Part shown: in pieces, positions 38,637-47,154 of the stretch
Numbering within the stretch: position 1 is the first letter of the stretch
How the letters are laid out: each line of letters starts with the position of its first letter
Translations under genes and position numbers: made by a program
Virus record (IMG/VR): IMGVR_UViG_3300027974_000033
Strand: one strand, 5' to 3'
Length of the DNA stretch: 64,000 nucleotides
Origin: an uncultured virus (IMG/VR IMGVR_UViG_3300027974_000033)
Taxonomy: Duplodnaviria; Heunggongvirae; Uroviricota; Caudoviricetes
Notes under the pieces: model-generated
What the model was told of the DNA's origin: nothing
Database searches by the model: none
What the model saw: only the letters and a program-made list of their open reading frames with translations

Positions 38637-39215
38637 TCATATATAGTTTATCATATCATCTGGTAATATGTCAATAATTAAATGCACTCTATCAAAATCA
38701 GTTGGGTTAGAAACGGAGTGTGGCATTTGATTATTAATTTCATACCATCCGCCCTCTTCCATATGTATTGTATTGTCCATTACAGTAAATGTTATTAAAT
38801 CTTTTGTTATTATGGGTACATGAACTCTTCTAGAATAGTGAAGCAGGGCTCCACCATCAACATGCTTTGGTATATAAGAATTAGAATTTAATTTAACAAA
38901 TTCACACCTTATTATTTTGCCAGAATAGTATGACTCTAAATCAATAAAAATTTTTTTAAGCTCTTGATCTGATAGACTATTTTTAAGAAGATTTACATAA
39001 TTGGTTTCAACTGGGTCGCCAACAATCCAATCGTAATCTGTTTCACAAATTCTAAACATCTGTGTGCTTTTGTGAGTATACCCTTTTTCTTGCCTGCTTT
39101 GATCAATCAGCCATTCATTTGAAAAATTAGAAATTTCATCTTTAATATGATTTATTTCAAAATGACCTAGGTGAAGTATTGACCACTCAGTATTCTTTTT
39201 TAATCTTTTGTACAT
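38637..39215 (-). CDS. Aspartyl/asparaginyl beta-hydroxylase-like 2OG oxygenase
   Basis: IPKHVD, RVHVPIIT, EINNQMPHSVSN and RVHLIID. Confidence 0.85.
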   Translation of the reverse strand: MYKRLKKNTEWSILHLGHFEINHIKDEISNFSNEWLIDQSRQEKGYTHKSTQMFRICETDYDWIVGDPVETNYVNLLKNSLSDQELKKIFIDLESYYSGKIIRCEFVKLNSNSYIPKHVDGGALLHYSRRVHVPIITKDLITFTVMDNTIHMEEGGWYEINNQMPHSVSNPTDFDRVHLIIDILPDDMINYI

Positions 39216-39894
39216 ATTCGTATACCTCCATGTCCAATAAATTAATTTCTTCTATTCTATTTATATGTCTTTTATCAAATTTAATTCCTATATCATAAGA
39301 GGAATTTGCTTTGTCGGAATGTTTAAATGTTGAAAATCCAAATTGTTTTAATAAGCTTTTATTTAAATCTATTTTAAATAAATCTAGTTCTTCTAGCGTA
39401 TAAGCTTTCATTTTTTCAAGACTTGAAATTACATTTTTTATATCTAATTTATATCCTTCTAAATACCAACCGCTGCTAACTGTATTTTGAAATTGTAATA
39501 TATCCTGATTAAATTTTTCTATATTTAATTTACCAGTTAAAAATTTTGACTGCAGGTTGGATTGCATTTCGCATTCTTCCCCATAAAGCCATCTATCTAA
39601 TTTTTCTTCAGCTTCTTTTCCCGCTCTTATTGGTCCTGTTGTATATTTAAAATAGCTTATAAATCTTTCTACTGGGTCTCTAACTATTGTAAAAATTTCT
39701 GGACTGTCCATATAATCTAAAGGCATTAAGCCAAAATGACCACCAACAAACCTACTTTTTTTTATTTTTTCTACATCTATTTTATTCCTATTGGATATAC
39801 AATGCTCTACCCCATTTGATATCAAATGGGGTATTACATTATTCTTTATGTATATACCAGATGTTCTTGGAATATGCAGATGGTATATTGACAC
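39187..39894 (-). CDS. Sulfotransferase (family 2-like)
   Basis: PAPS-binding motifs HLHIPRTSG and VRDPVERFIS. Confidence 0.82.
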   Translation of the reverse strand: MSIYHLHIPRTSGIYIKNNVIPHLISNGVEHCISNRNKIDVEKIKKSRFVGGHFGLMPLDYMDSPEIFTIVRDPVERFISYFKYTTGPIRAGKEAEEKLDRWLYGEECEMQSNLQSKFLTGKLNIEKFNQDILQFQNTVSSGWYLEGYKLDIKNVISSLEKMKAYTLEELDLFKIDLNKSLLKQFGFSTFKHSDKANSSYDIGIKFDKRHINRIEEINLLDMEVYEYVQKIKKEY

Positions 39895-41186
39895 TAAAAA
39901 GCTTTACGGTTGTGTACTACTAGATCTCCCGCAATTAAAATATCATTTGGAGAAGCATCAAATTCATAAACGGTTCTTTCTTCATTTATAATTTTTGTTG
40001 ATTCTACTACTACCTCTTCAAAAATATTTTCATTATTTTTTACAAATATTGAATCTCCTGGTTCAAGAATTCCTGTTGTGCTAAAGAAATATGTGTCATT
40101 TTTCTTTGCAAGAATTGTTTGTTCTAGTGAGAATCTCTTAGAAGAGTCATCATTAATAATCATAGTTGCATCTTTTATAGAAGGCTTTACGGCTCTAATT
40201 TCAGTTTTTACTAGATGTATATTATTAATTGAATCTGTAGACCATGTATAAGGATCGATTTCAAATTCATCAAGCAATCCATCCCATGTTGCTGACCATA
40301 CTTGGTCACCTACTTGAATTTCTTTTGCTTTTTTAAATTCTACTGTGTCATTTGGACCCACTGTCATTACAAGAGTGTCTTGATCAATGCAATAGAACCC
40401 TGGTGGGGCAAAGAACCCTGGTGGGGCAAAGAACCCTGGTGGGGCAAAGAACCCTGGTGGGGCAAAGAACCCTGGTGGGGCAAAGAATGATGGTGGTGCG
40501 AAGAACCCTGGTGGGGCAAAGAACCCTGGTGGGGCGAAGAATGATGGTGGTGCGAAGAACCCTGGTGGGGCAAAGAAGCTTGGCGGGAAGAACGGTGCCA
40601 ATGTTGTAACAGAATTTGATGATGCTGAATATGAAGAGTCTCCGTTACCATTTGTAGCAAGTACTTGATATGACTGTGCAGTGTTTGCTGTTTCTGGTAC
40701 AGTGTGGCTTACTCCAGCTATTGAATATATTGGGCCATCGCTTGACTTAAGCTTGTATCCAGTTATTGCTTTTCCTCCATCAGCTGGTGCAGACCAGGTA
40801 ACATAGTCTTGGTTAATCTGTGCTGTAGCTGTTGGTGCTCCTGGGGTAGAAGGAACGGTTGTTGCGGTAACTGAGGCTGAAGCGGTTGATGGCTCGGAAT
40901 CTCCAAATGTATTTTTTGCAACAACTGTATAGGTGTAAGGTGTATTAGAAAGAAGACCAGTGACTGTAATAGGAGAAGAAGTTCCTGTTCCAGTTCGACC
41001 TCCTGGGCTAGCTGTTACAACATACTCTGTTGCTGCGTATGGCCCATCTGGTGTAAACGATACTGTTGCTGCTCCATCATTAAATGGACGGTTGGTTCCA
41101 ACATCTGTTGCGCTTACATTGATTGGCTTAAATGGCATCAGGAAGTCATTCGAGCCCTGGCTCATTCTACCTACTTGTTTTGACAT
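39894..41186 (-). CDS. FN3-FN3-(FFAPPG/S)10-Hint domain protein
   Basis: Two FN3 domains (TGLLSNTPYTYTVVAKN; WSAPADGGKAITGY), a Pro/Phe repeat, then a Hint domain from CIDQDTLV to VYEF...LVVHN. Confidence 0.82.
   Translation of the reverse strand: MSKQVGRMSQGSNDFLMPFKPINVSATDVGTNRPFNDGAATVSFTPDGPYAATEYVVTASPGGRTGTGTSSPITVTGLLSNTPYTYTVVAKNTFGDSEPSTASASVTATTVPSTPGAPTATAQINQDYVTWSAPADGGKAITGYKLKSSDGPIYSIAGVSHTVPETANTAQSYQVLATNGNGDSSYSASSNSVTTLAPFFPPSFFAPPGFFAPPSFFAPPGFFAPPGFFAPPSFFAPPGFFAPPGFFAPPGFFAPPGFFAPPGFYCIDQDTLVMTVGPNDTVEFKKAKEIQVGDQVWSATWDGLLDEFEIDPYTWSTDSINNIHLVKTEIRAVKPSIKDATMIINDDSSKRFSLEQTILAKKNDTYFFSTTGILEPGDSIFVKNNENIFEEVVVESTKIINEERTVYEFDASPNDILIAGDLVVHNRKAF
40398..40577 (-). repeat. 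Coding tandem repeat, 10 x 18 bp
   Basis: Plus-strand unit ccctggtggggcaaagaa (8 copies, one with a synonymous change) and tgatggtggtgcgaagaa (2 copies), encoding FFAPPG and FFAPPS. Confidence 0.97.
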
Positions 41187-41209
41187 GGTTATTCTCCTTT
41201 AATTTTTGA

Positions 41210-43843
41210 TTAAGCTGTTAGGTCTCCGAAGATTAACCATCCAGTTGAAATTTTTAGTGCAGTTACAACTGAATTGTTAGCTCTGAATTTGCGTCCTGGT
41301 GTTCCAATTACTCCATTTGTATCTGCAAACGAAGCTCCTGTTCCAGTTTTTTGCCAGAAGTCAATTGATTGACCAGTTGAATATCCTGTTGCAGGAAGTG
41401 TTACAACAACTGCTCCTGATAGTGGAATAAACTTATCTTGTTCTCCAGCTCCAAGTGTTACAGAAGAAACAACTTCTGTTGCAATTGTTGTGATAGATGG
41501 TACACCTGCCCGTGCCTGTGTGCCATCAGAGAATACGATTCCTGCTGCTGGTAGAGTTACTGTTCCAGTAAATGTTGGAGAAGCAAGTGGGGCAAATCCT
41601 GCAATGCTTGCTCCTGCTGGTATTGTAACTGTTCCTGTGAATGTTGGGGAAGCAATAGGTGACTTTGTTGCAATTGAGTTTGTAACTGTTGTTGAGAATG
41701 ATGCGTCATTTCCAAGTGCAGATGCTAACTCGTTAAGAGTATCAAGTGCTGCTGGTGATGCTGCTACTAGATTTGAAACAGCTGTTCCTACGAATGCTGT
41801 AGTTGCAACCTGTGTAGTATTTGTACCAGCTGCTGCTGTTGGTGCAGTTGGTGTACCAGTAAGTGCTGGTGAAGCAAGCGGCGCCCGTAGGGCAATTGAT
41901 GCAGCTTGTGCTGTTGAAACTGGCTTATCTGCATCTGCAGTGTTATCAACAGATCCAAGTCCTACCATTGTCTTTGTAATTCCAGACACAGTACCTGTAA
42001 ATGTTGGTGAAGCAAGATTTGCTTTAAGCGCTAATCCTGAATTAACAGTTGCAGTTAATGCAAGTGCTGAGGTGTCTGCAATTCCATGAATATTTGTTGT
42101 ATCTGCTTCGTGTGATGCAAGTGATGCAGATGAAGCTTTTGTATTTACAGATGTTTGTAATGTTGCTGCAGCAGTATTTATTGCTGTAACATCTGACTGC
42201 AATCCTGTAATTGCATTTTCTGCTGTATTCAAGTCTGTTGTCAGAGTTGAAGTATCGGTAAACAATGTTGCTATTGATGAGTCGTAGCTTGTAACCTTTG
42301 CAGCTAATGCATTTGATACAGTATTAATCTGGTACTGTATTCCAGAAGTAACTCCATTTACATATCCAAGCTCTGTTGCGCTTACATCACCAATTGTGGT
42401 GTCTGTTGGAAGGACAACTGATCCTGTGAATGTTGGAGAAATCTTTGGTGCTTTTCCTGCAAGATCGCCAGTCAAATTTGCAATCTTTGATTGTGCAATT
42501 TCTGCATAATCATTAACGTCTGCGTTGACTATTGTGCCATCTAAAATCATTCCAGCTGTTACTGTTCCAGATGGAAGAGTTACTGTACCTGTGAATGTCG
42601 GTGATGCTTTTGGAGCATATGTTCCTTCTGCTACAGTTGTAGAAAGCTTTGCATCAATTTGAGACTGGATACCGCTTGTTACACCTGCTAAACGCTGTAT
42701 TTCTGCATTTACTACAGAACCAACTCTTAATGAATCTGCGACGAGGCCGCCAACTTCAAGTGAGTCTTTTGTGTATGTTGTAAAGTCAACAACTGTTGTA
42801 GGCTCTGCTGTTACGCCAGAGAATAGTTTCCATACGCCATCTGAGGCATCTCTTACAAGGCCTGAGTGCTGGTATGTACCGTTATTGAATGCTCCAACTA
42901 CACCAAGATCAAGAACGTTTGACTGGTTGTTTTCACCAATATAAATCATTGGATCATCAATTGTAACGTTAGTTGAATTTACAGAAGTTGTTGTTCCATT
43001 AACTGTTAGGTTTCCTGAAACTGTAAGCGCTCCAAGAGTTGCTGTGTCTGCCTGTACTTGATCTACTTGAACAAGAGGTCCAGTAAATTTAGTTGTTGCT
43101 GTGATTGTTGGGGACAATGAAAGTATGATGTCTAGGTTATCTGTTGCATCTGTCTTTACTATTCCACCTTGTGCTCTAATTGCTGCAGAAACAACTTCTT
43201 TGCTTGTTGCGTTATCCCATGTTGAGCTAACTCCTCGTCCAGAAGTAACTGTTGAATCAATTAATGATGTAACTGTATTTGTAATATCTAGCTCTGAAGC
43301 TGGAATTTTACCTGAGTTATTTAATGAAGCAACTCCGCCAGCATTTCCTCTGTCTGCTAAAGGAATGTAGTCTAGGTCTACTGTATTTCCAAGTGCTGAT
43401 ACAGCTGAATCTACGTAGCCTTTGTTTGCTATGATTGATGTGTCAACAGAAACTGTTAGCTGGTTTGTTCCGTCATTGTATGACTTAGAAATACCATTTC
43501 CTGCTACAAGAGCTGTATTAACTGCATCCTGTGCCATTTCTGTAAAATATGAATCTGCTACTGCTATTGTAATAGTATTTGCGCCATCGTTGTATGTCTT
43601 TGTGAGACCATCTCCTACAACAAGGGCAGCGTTAATTGCATCTTGGGAAATTTCACCAATTGCTACGTCTGAATTATTTGCATATGCAAGGGCAGTCCAT
43701 GTAGAAGATCCGTTACCGAATTTAAATAGGTTTGTGTCTGACTCGACACCCATTTCTCCTGCTGCCAAAATTGGATTTACTGAGGTCCACTGTGAAGCGG
43801 TTCCTCTTCTTACTTGAATTCTTACTGTTGACATATTTGCCAC
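41210..43843 (-). CDS. Fibre protein with Mtd_N-like N-terminal domain
   Basis: RIQVRRGTASQWTSVNPILAAGEMGVESDT; repeated SPTFTG; ALDTLNELASALGND. Confidence 0.75.
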   Translation of the reverse strand: MANMSTVRIQVRRGTASQWTSVNPILAAGEMGVESDTNLFKFGNGSSTWTALAYANNSDVAIGEISQDAINAALVVGDGLTKTYNDGANTITIAVADSYFTEMAQDAVNTALVAGNGISKSYNDGTNQLTVSVDTSIIANKGYVDSAVSALGNTVDLDYIPLADRGNAGGVASLNNSGKIPASELDITNTVTSLIDSTVTSGRGVSSTWDNATSKEVVSAAIRAQGGIVKTDATDNLDIILSLSPTITATTKFTGPLVQVDQVQADTATLGALTVSGNLTVNGTTTSVNSTNVTIDDPMIYIGENNQSNVLDLGVVGAFNNGTYQHSGLVRDASDGVWKLFSGVTAEPTTVVDFTTYTKDSLEVGGLVADSLRVGSVVNAEIQRLAGVTSGIQSQIDAKLSTTVAEGTYAPKASPTFTGTVTLPSGTVTAGMILDGTIVNADVNDYAEIAQSKIANLTGDLAGKAPKISPTFTGSVVLPTDTTIGDVSATELGYVNGVTSGIQYQINTVSNALAAKVTSYDSSIATLFTDTSTLTTDLNTAENAITGLQSDVTAINTAAATLQTSVNTKASSASLASHEADTTNIHGIADTSALALTATVNSGLALKANLASPTFTGTVSGITKTMVGLGSVDNTADADKPVSTAQAASIALRAPLASPALTGTPTAPTAAAGTNTTQVATTAFVGTAVSNLVAASPAALDTLNELASALGNDASFSTTVTNSIATKSPIASPTFTGTVTIPAGASIAGFAPLASPTFTGTVTLPAAGIVFSDGTQARAGVPSITTIATEVVSSVTLGAGEQDKFIPLSGAVVVTLPATGYSTGQSIDFWQKTGTGASFADTNGVIGTPGRKFRANNSVVTALKISTGWLIFGDLTA

Positions 43844-43895
43844 CCCTTATTTAGACTTATTTGGTAATTATAGCATTACAATAATTCCAAAACAA

Positions 43896-44267
43896 TTAGC
43901 TAATTGTTCCAGAATCAAAGGTCATGCTGTATGTATCTGTGGAATGATTTCCACCATCCGCAAATTTTGTAGCTGTAGTATTTACTCCATTTGCAAAAAC
44001 TGTATATACTGGCTGGCCGTCATAATCTATTGCCAGTCCTATATCCATAAATGTTAAAGCTCCTAGATCTTCTGCCGCATCTGTAAGGAGGGCAATTTCC
44101 TTCCAAGCACCATTAATCTGGATCTTTAATCTTCCAGTTGATGAGTCGAAGGCAAGGGGGGTTGAATTTAAGACTAAGTTGTCTACATTTACTGCTGCAT
44201 CAAATGTTGCAGGTCCTGCTACGTTAAGGCCATTTTTAACCTTGAAGTTTTTATTTACTATTGCCAT
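43896..44267 (-). CDS. Small virion/fibre-associated protein
   Basis: Shares the N-terminus MAIVNKNFxVKNGL with the upstream gene product. Confidence 0.65.
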   Translation of the reverse strand: MAIVNKNFKVKNGLNVAGPATFDAAVNVDNLVLNSTPLAFDSSTGRLKIQINGAWKEIALLTDAAEDLGALTFMDIGLAIDYDGQPVYTVFANGVNTTATKFADGGNHSTDTYSMTFDSGTIS

Positions 44268-44295
44268 TTAAGTTCACATATCCCCTAATTGTTTT

Positions 44296-44326
44296 GGTGG
44301 GGTTTTGGAAGGACCCCATACCTTTT
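44296..44326 (-). terminator. Probable terminator/hairpin after the Ala-rich fibre gene
   Basis: Imperfect GGTGGGGT...ACCCCATACC inverted repeat. Confidence 0.45.
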
Positions 44327-44331
44327 ATTAA

Positions 44332-45873
44332 TTATTTAATTAGTGTTGCATAAACCATTACATCTGTTGATGCGTAGGTTGTTGTTACTGATATTGAAAC
44401 GCTACCTGAAGCATATGCTGCTGATACTGTTCCTAGGTCGGTTCCAGTTGTAATTGAACCAAATTCTGTTATTGCTACGTTATTGCTTGTATCAAGTGTT
44501 AGGAGAACTTCAGAAACCTGAGTGTTTACTCCATTCTTAAACTTAACAAGTGCCTTTGCTGTACGGTAGTCAGATCCTGACCATGTTAGAGCATTTACAG
44601 TTCCAGCTGAAGAAACTGTTGTGGTTGCTGCCCGTACTGCTGCCACATCATTTACATTAACTACTGTAAATGGTGTTGTACCATTCTTTACGGCTGTAAG
44701 AGCGCTAGCTGCTGTGGCTTCCGCTGAAGCCTGTGCTGCAGACTGTGCAGTTGCAATTGCTGAGTTACGATCTGTAACTTCACCTGAAATTGCTGTTGAA
44801 ATTGCTGAATTACGAGCTGTAGCTTCTGCTGCAACTTTAGCTGTAGCGTCTGCTGCTGCTGTGGCTTCTGCTGCTGCTTTGGCAGCGTTGGCTTTTGTAG
44901 TTGCATCTGTTGCTGCTGCAGCTTGTGCTGCGTTAGCCTTTGAAGTAGCATCTGTTGCTGCAGTTGTGACTGCTGAAGCAATATCTGTTGCAACCTGTGT
45001 AGAGTTAGCTTTTGTTGCTAATGCTGTTGTAATAGTAGTTGTGTAATTAGCATCATCATTAATTGCTGCTGCTAATTCATTTAGAGTATCAAGTAAAGCT
45101 GGTGCTCCGTCTACTACTGCTGAAACTGCTGTTGAAATTGCTGTGTTACGATTTGAAACTTCTGTTGAGATTGCTGCGGTAAGTGCTGCTGCTGCTGTAG
45201 CCTCTGCTGCTGACCGTGCTGCGTTAGCTTTTGTAGTTGCATCTGTTGCTGCTGCAGATATTGCTGCAGACTGTGCTGCGTTAGCCTTAGATGTAGCGTC
45301 TGTTGCTGCTGCAGACTGCGCTGCGTTAGCCTTTGAAGTAGCATCAGCGGCTGCTGTAGCTTCTGCTGCAGTCTTTGCTGTTGCAATTGCAGTATTTCTA
45401 TCAGCAACTTCTGTTGCAATTGCTGATGCAATTGCTGAGTTACGTGCTGTGGCTTCTGCTGCTACTTTAGCTGTGGCATCTGTTGCTGCATTTGCCTGTG
45501 CGCTTGATGCTGCACCTGCTGCATCGTATGCTGCTGCTGTTGCAGCTAATGCACGAGCATTTGTGAAATATAGATTTGATCCTTCTGCAAGATCTCCAGT
45601 ATCATGGTTTGAAAGACTTGAAACTGTTCCTGTTACGTTACCAGTTAAGTTACCAACAATGTTTGCTGTAATTGTGCCTGCTGCAAAGTTTCCTGAGCCG
45701 TCACGCTTTACTACAGTATTAGGAGTGTTGGCTGTATCTGCTGATCCGCCGACTGTGCTGATGATAAAGGCTGTTGATGCCTCTGTTAATACGTTATATC
45801 CGTTTACCGTTGCGACGGAACCGTCGACGATAAGACCATTTTTTACTCTAAAGTTTTTATTTACTATTGCCAT
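44332..45873 (-). CDS. Ala-rich coiled-coil fibre protein
   Basis: Repeats DATSKANAAQ and TEVxxRNTAI; LAEGSNLYFTNARA; LDTLNELAAAINDD; C-terminal beta domain. Confidence 0.75.
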   Translation of the reverse strand: MAIVNKNFRVKNGLIVDGSVATVNGYNVLTEASTAFIISTVGGSADTANTPNTVVKRDGSGNFAAGTITANIVGNLTGNVTGTVSSLSNHDTGDLAEGSNLYFTNARALAATAAAYDAAGAASSAQANAATDATAKVAAEATARNSAIASAIATEVADRNTAIATAKTAAEATAAADATSKANAAQSAAATDATSKANAAQSAAISAAATDATTKANAARSAAEATAAAALTAAISTEVSNRNTAISTAVSAVVDGAPALLDTLNELAAAINDDANYTTTITTALATKANSTQVATDIASAVTTAATDATSKANAAQAAAATDATTKANAAKAAAEATAAADATAKVAAEATARNSAISTAISGEVTDRNSAIATAQSAAQASAEATAASALTAVKNGTTPFTVVNVNDVAAVRAATTTVSSAGTVNALTWSGSDYRTAKALVKFKNGVNTQVSEVLLTLDTSNNVAITEFGSITTGTDLGTVSAAYASGSVSISVTTTYASTDVMVYATLIK

Positions 45874-45896
45874 AATTTATGACTCCTCTTACTGCT

Positions 45897-46451
45897 TTAT
45901 TTTAACGCTGTTCTGAAATACCTTACAGTTACTTCGCCTGATACTGGTGTGACTGTTAAACTAATTATACCATTCGCAGATTCAAAAGCTGTCGTTGCAA
46001 TTGATGAATTAGCGTTTGTTACAATGTTAGACTCTGATACATATATGTCAGAAGATCCTCTTAATGCGGTTATGTTGGAAAAATATGATTCTCCAGTGGA
46101 TGCCTTTACAATTTGTAGAGCATATGATGCCGTACGATAATCTGCTGAGGCATATGAGTCTATAGTCGTCTTGTTTTGAATTCCTGCGATTGTTAGATCG
46201 TTATTTCCTTCTAGGCCCATCAAGGTTTCGATGCTTGCCGATGTATTAGCAAGTGTTGCCACTGAAGTTGATAGCGAATTGATTTTATATGTCAACGAGC
46301 CTGAATCTGTGGAGTTTGTTACACCAACCACATTTTCTAATGCTTCAATTGCGTCATTTGCGTTAGCATGTTGTGCTGCATGTCCAGATAATTCATCCGT
46401 AGATGCTGGATTTGTGAGATTGTCTTTGCTTACTGGAAAGTTACTTGCCAC
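45897..46451 (-). CDS. Virion fibre-associated protein
   Basis: NFPVSKDNLTNP...HANANDAIEALE; the C-terminal domain (DYRTA...) is paralogous to that of 44332-45873. Confidence 0.65.
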   Translation of the reverse strand: MASNFPVSKDNLTNPASTDELSGHAAQHANANDAIEALENVVGVTNSTDSGSLTYKINSLSTSVATLANTSASIETLMGLEGNNDLTIAGIQNKTTIDSYASADYRTASYALQIVKASTGESYFSNITALRGSSDIYVSESNIVTNANSSIATTAFESANGIISLTVTPVSGEVTVRYFRTALK

Positions 46452-46514
46452 TATGTCCTCCTGGCGGTATTGCCTTAGATAATTATACCGTATGTTTTTT
46501 ATTCAAATAAAGAA

Positions 46515-46745
46515 TTACCATTTTTTAAGTGGGCACTCAGCTCTTAAAAGTTTTGTTTTTAATGGCATAAAACATCCGCATTGTTTACACTGTTTTGTTA
46601 AATCTATTAGTTCTGGGCAGGCCTTGCAAATGTCATATCTTCTTTCAGATTCTGATTCCTCGGCATATTCGGTATTAGGATTTAATAGATCCCAAGGCCT
46701 TGTTTCCCCTAATTTTTCTTTGTACTGCTGCCATCTACTTGTCAT
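46515..46745 (-). CDS. Small Cys-rich protein (DUF6171-like)
   Basis: RYDICKACP...QCKQCGCFM...CPLKKW. Confidence 0.75.
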   Translation of the reverse strand: MTSRWQQYKEKLGETRPWDLLNPNTEYAEESESERRYDICKACPELIDLTKQCKQCGCFMPLKTKLLRAECPLKKW

Positions 46746-47116
46746 TCATAAACTCCTGGAATTATGAATTGACCTCCTTGATATAGCCAGCCAGGTTCTG
46801 CTCTGTCTGCATGCCTCTGGACATCTAAAGTTACATGTACAATAATTGGGTCTGAAACCATAATTGAATATGTTTTTTCATTTGCCATTACAGTTTCACC
46901 ATCCATATGAAATTCAAATACTTCTGGATCTACTTCTCCAATATCGGTTATAGAAGATAAATTTAAAAATTTTTCTGCTAGATCTGGTCTAACTCCAATA
47001 AAATCAACAATTGCTCCGTCTATAATTAAAGCTAGCTGTTTAGCTGTATTGCCAGATGCAATTTGTCTAGACTTTACTCCTTCAAGAAACCAGTCTTCTT
47101 CATTTAAATTAATCAT
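46742..47116 (-). CDS. Hypothetical protein
   Basis: 124 aa ending in GWLYQGGQF; leaderless -10 element upstream. Confidence 0.65.
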   Translation of the reverse strand: MINLNEEDWFLEGVKSRQIASGNTAKQLALIIDGAIVDFIGVRPDLAEKFLNLSSITDIGEVDPEVFEFHMDGETVMANEKTYSIMVSDPIIVHVTLDVQRHADRAEPGWLYQGGQFIIPGVYE

Positions 47117-47154
47117 AGTTTATTATACCTTTCAATACAGATGGTGTCAATATG

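Noticed and set aside
39894..40391. Selfish splicing intein with homing endonuclease
   Set aside because: No LAGLIDADG or HNH insert, no +1 nucleophile, and only a 4-residue C-extein.
40398..40577. CRISPR array
   Set aside because: The 18-bp units are directly adjacent with no unique spacers, keep the reading frame, and no cas genes are present.
40302..40660. Alternative-frame repeat ORFs (EPWWGK, RTLVGQ, SLPHQG repeats)
   Set aside because: These are by-products of the 18-bp repeat in other frames and have no RBS or context support.
44688..45431. Gln-rich minus-strand ORFs
   Set aside because: They are out-of-frame readings of GCA-rich Ala codons within the fibre gene.
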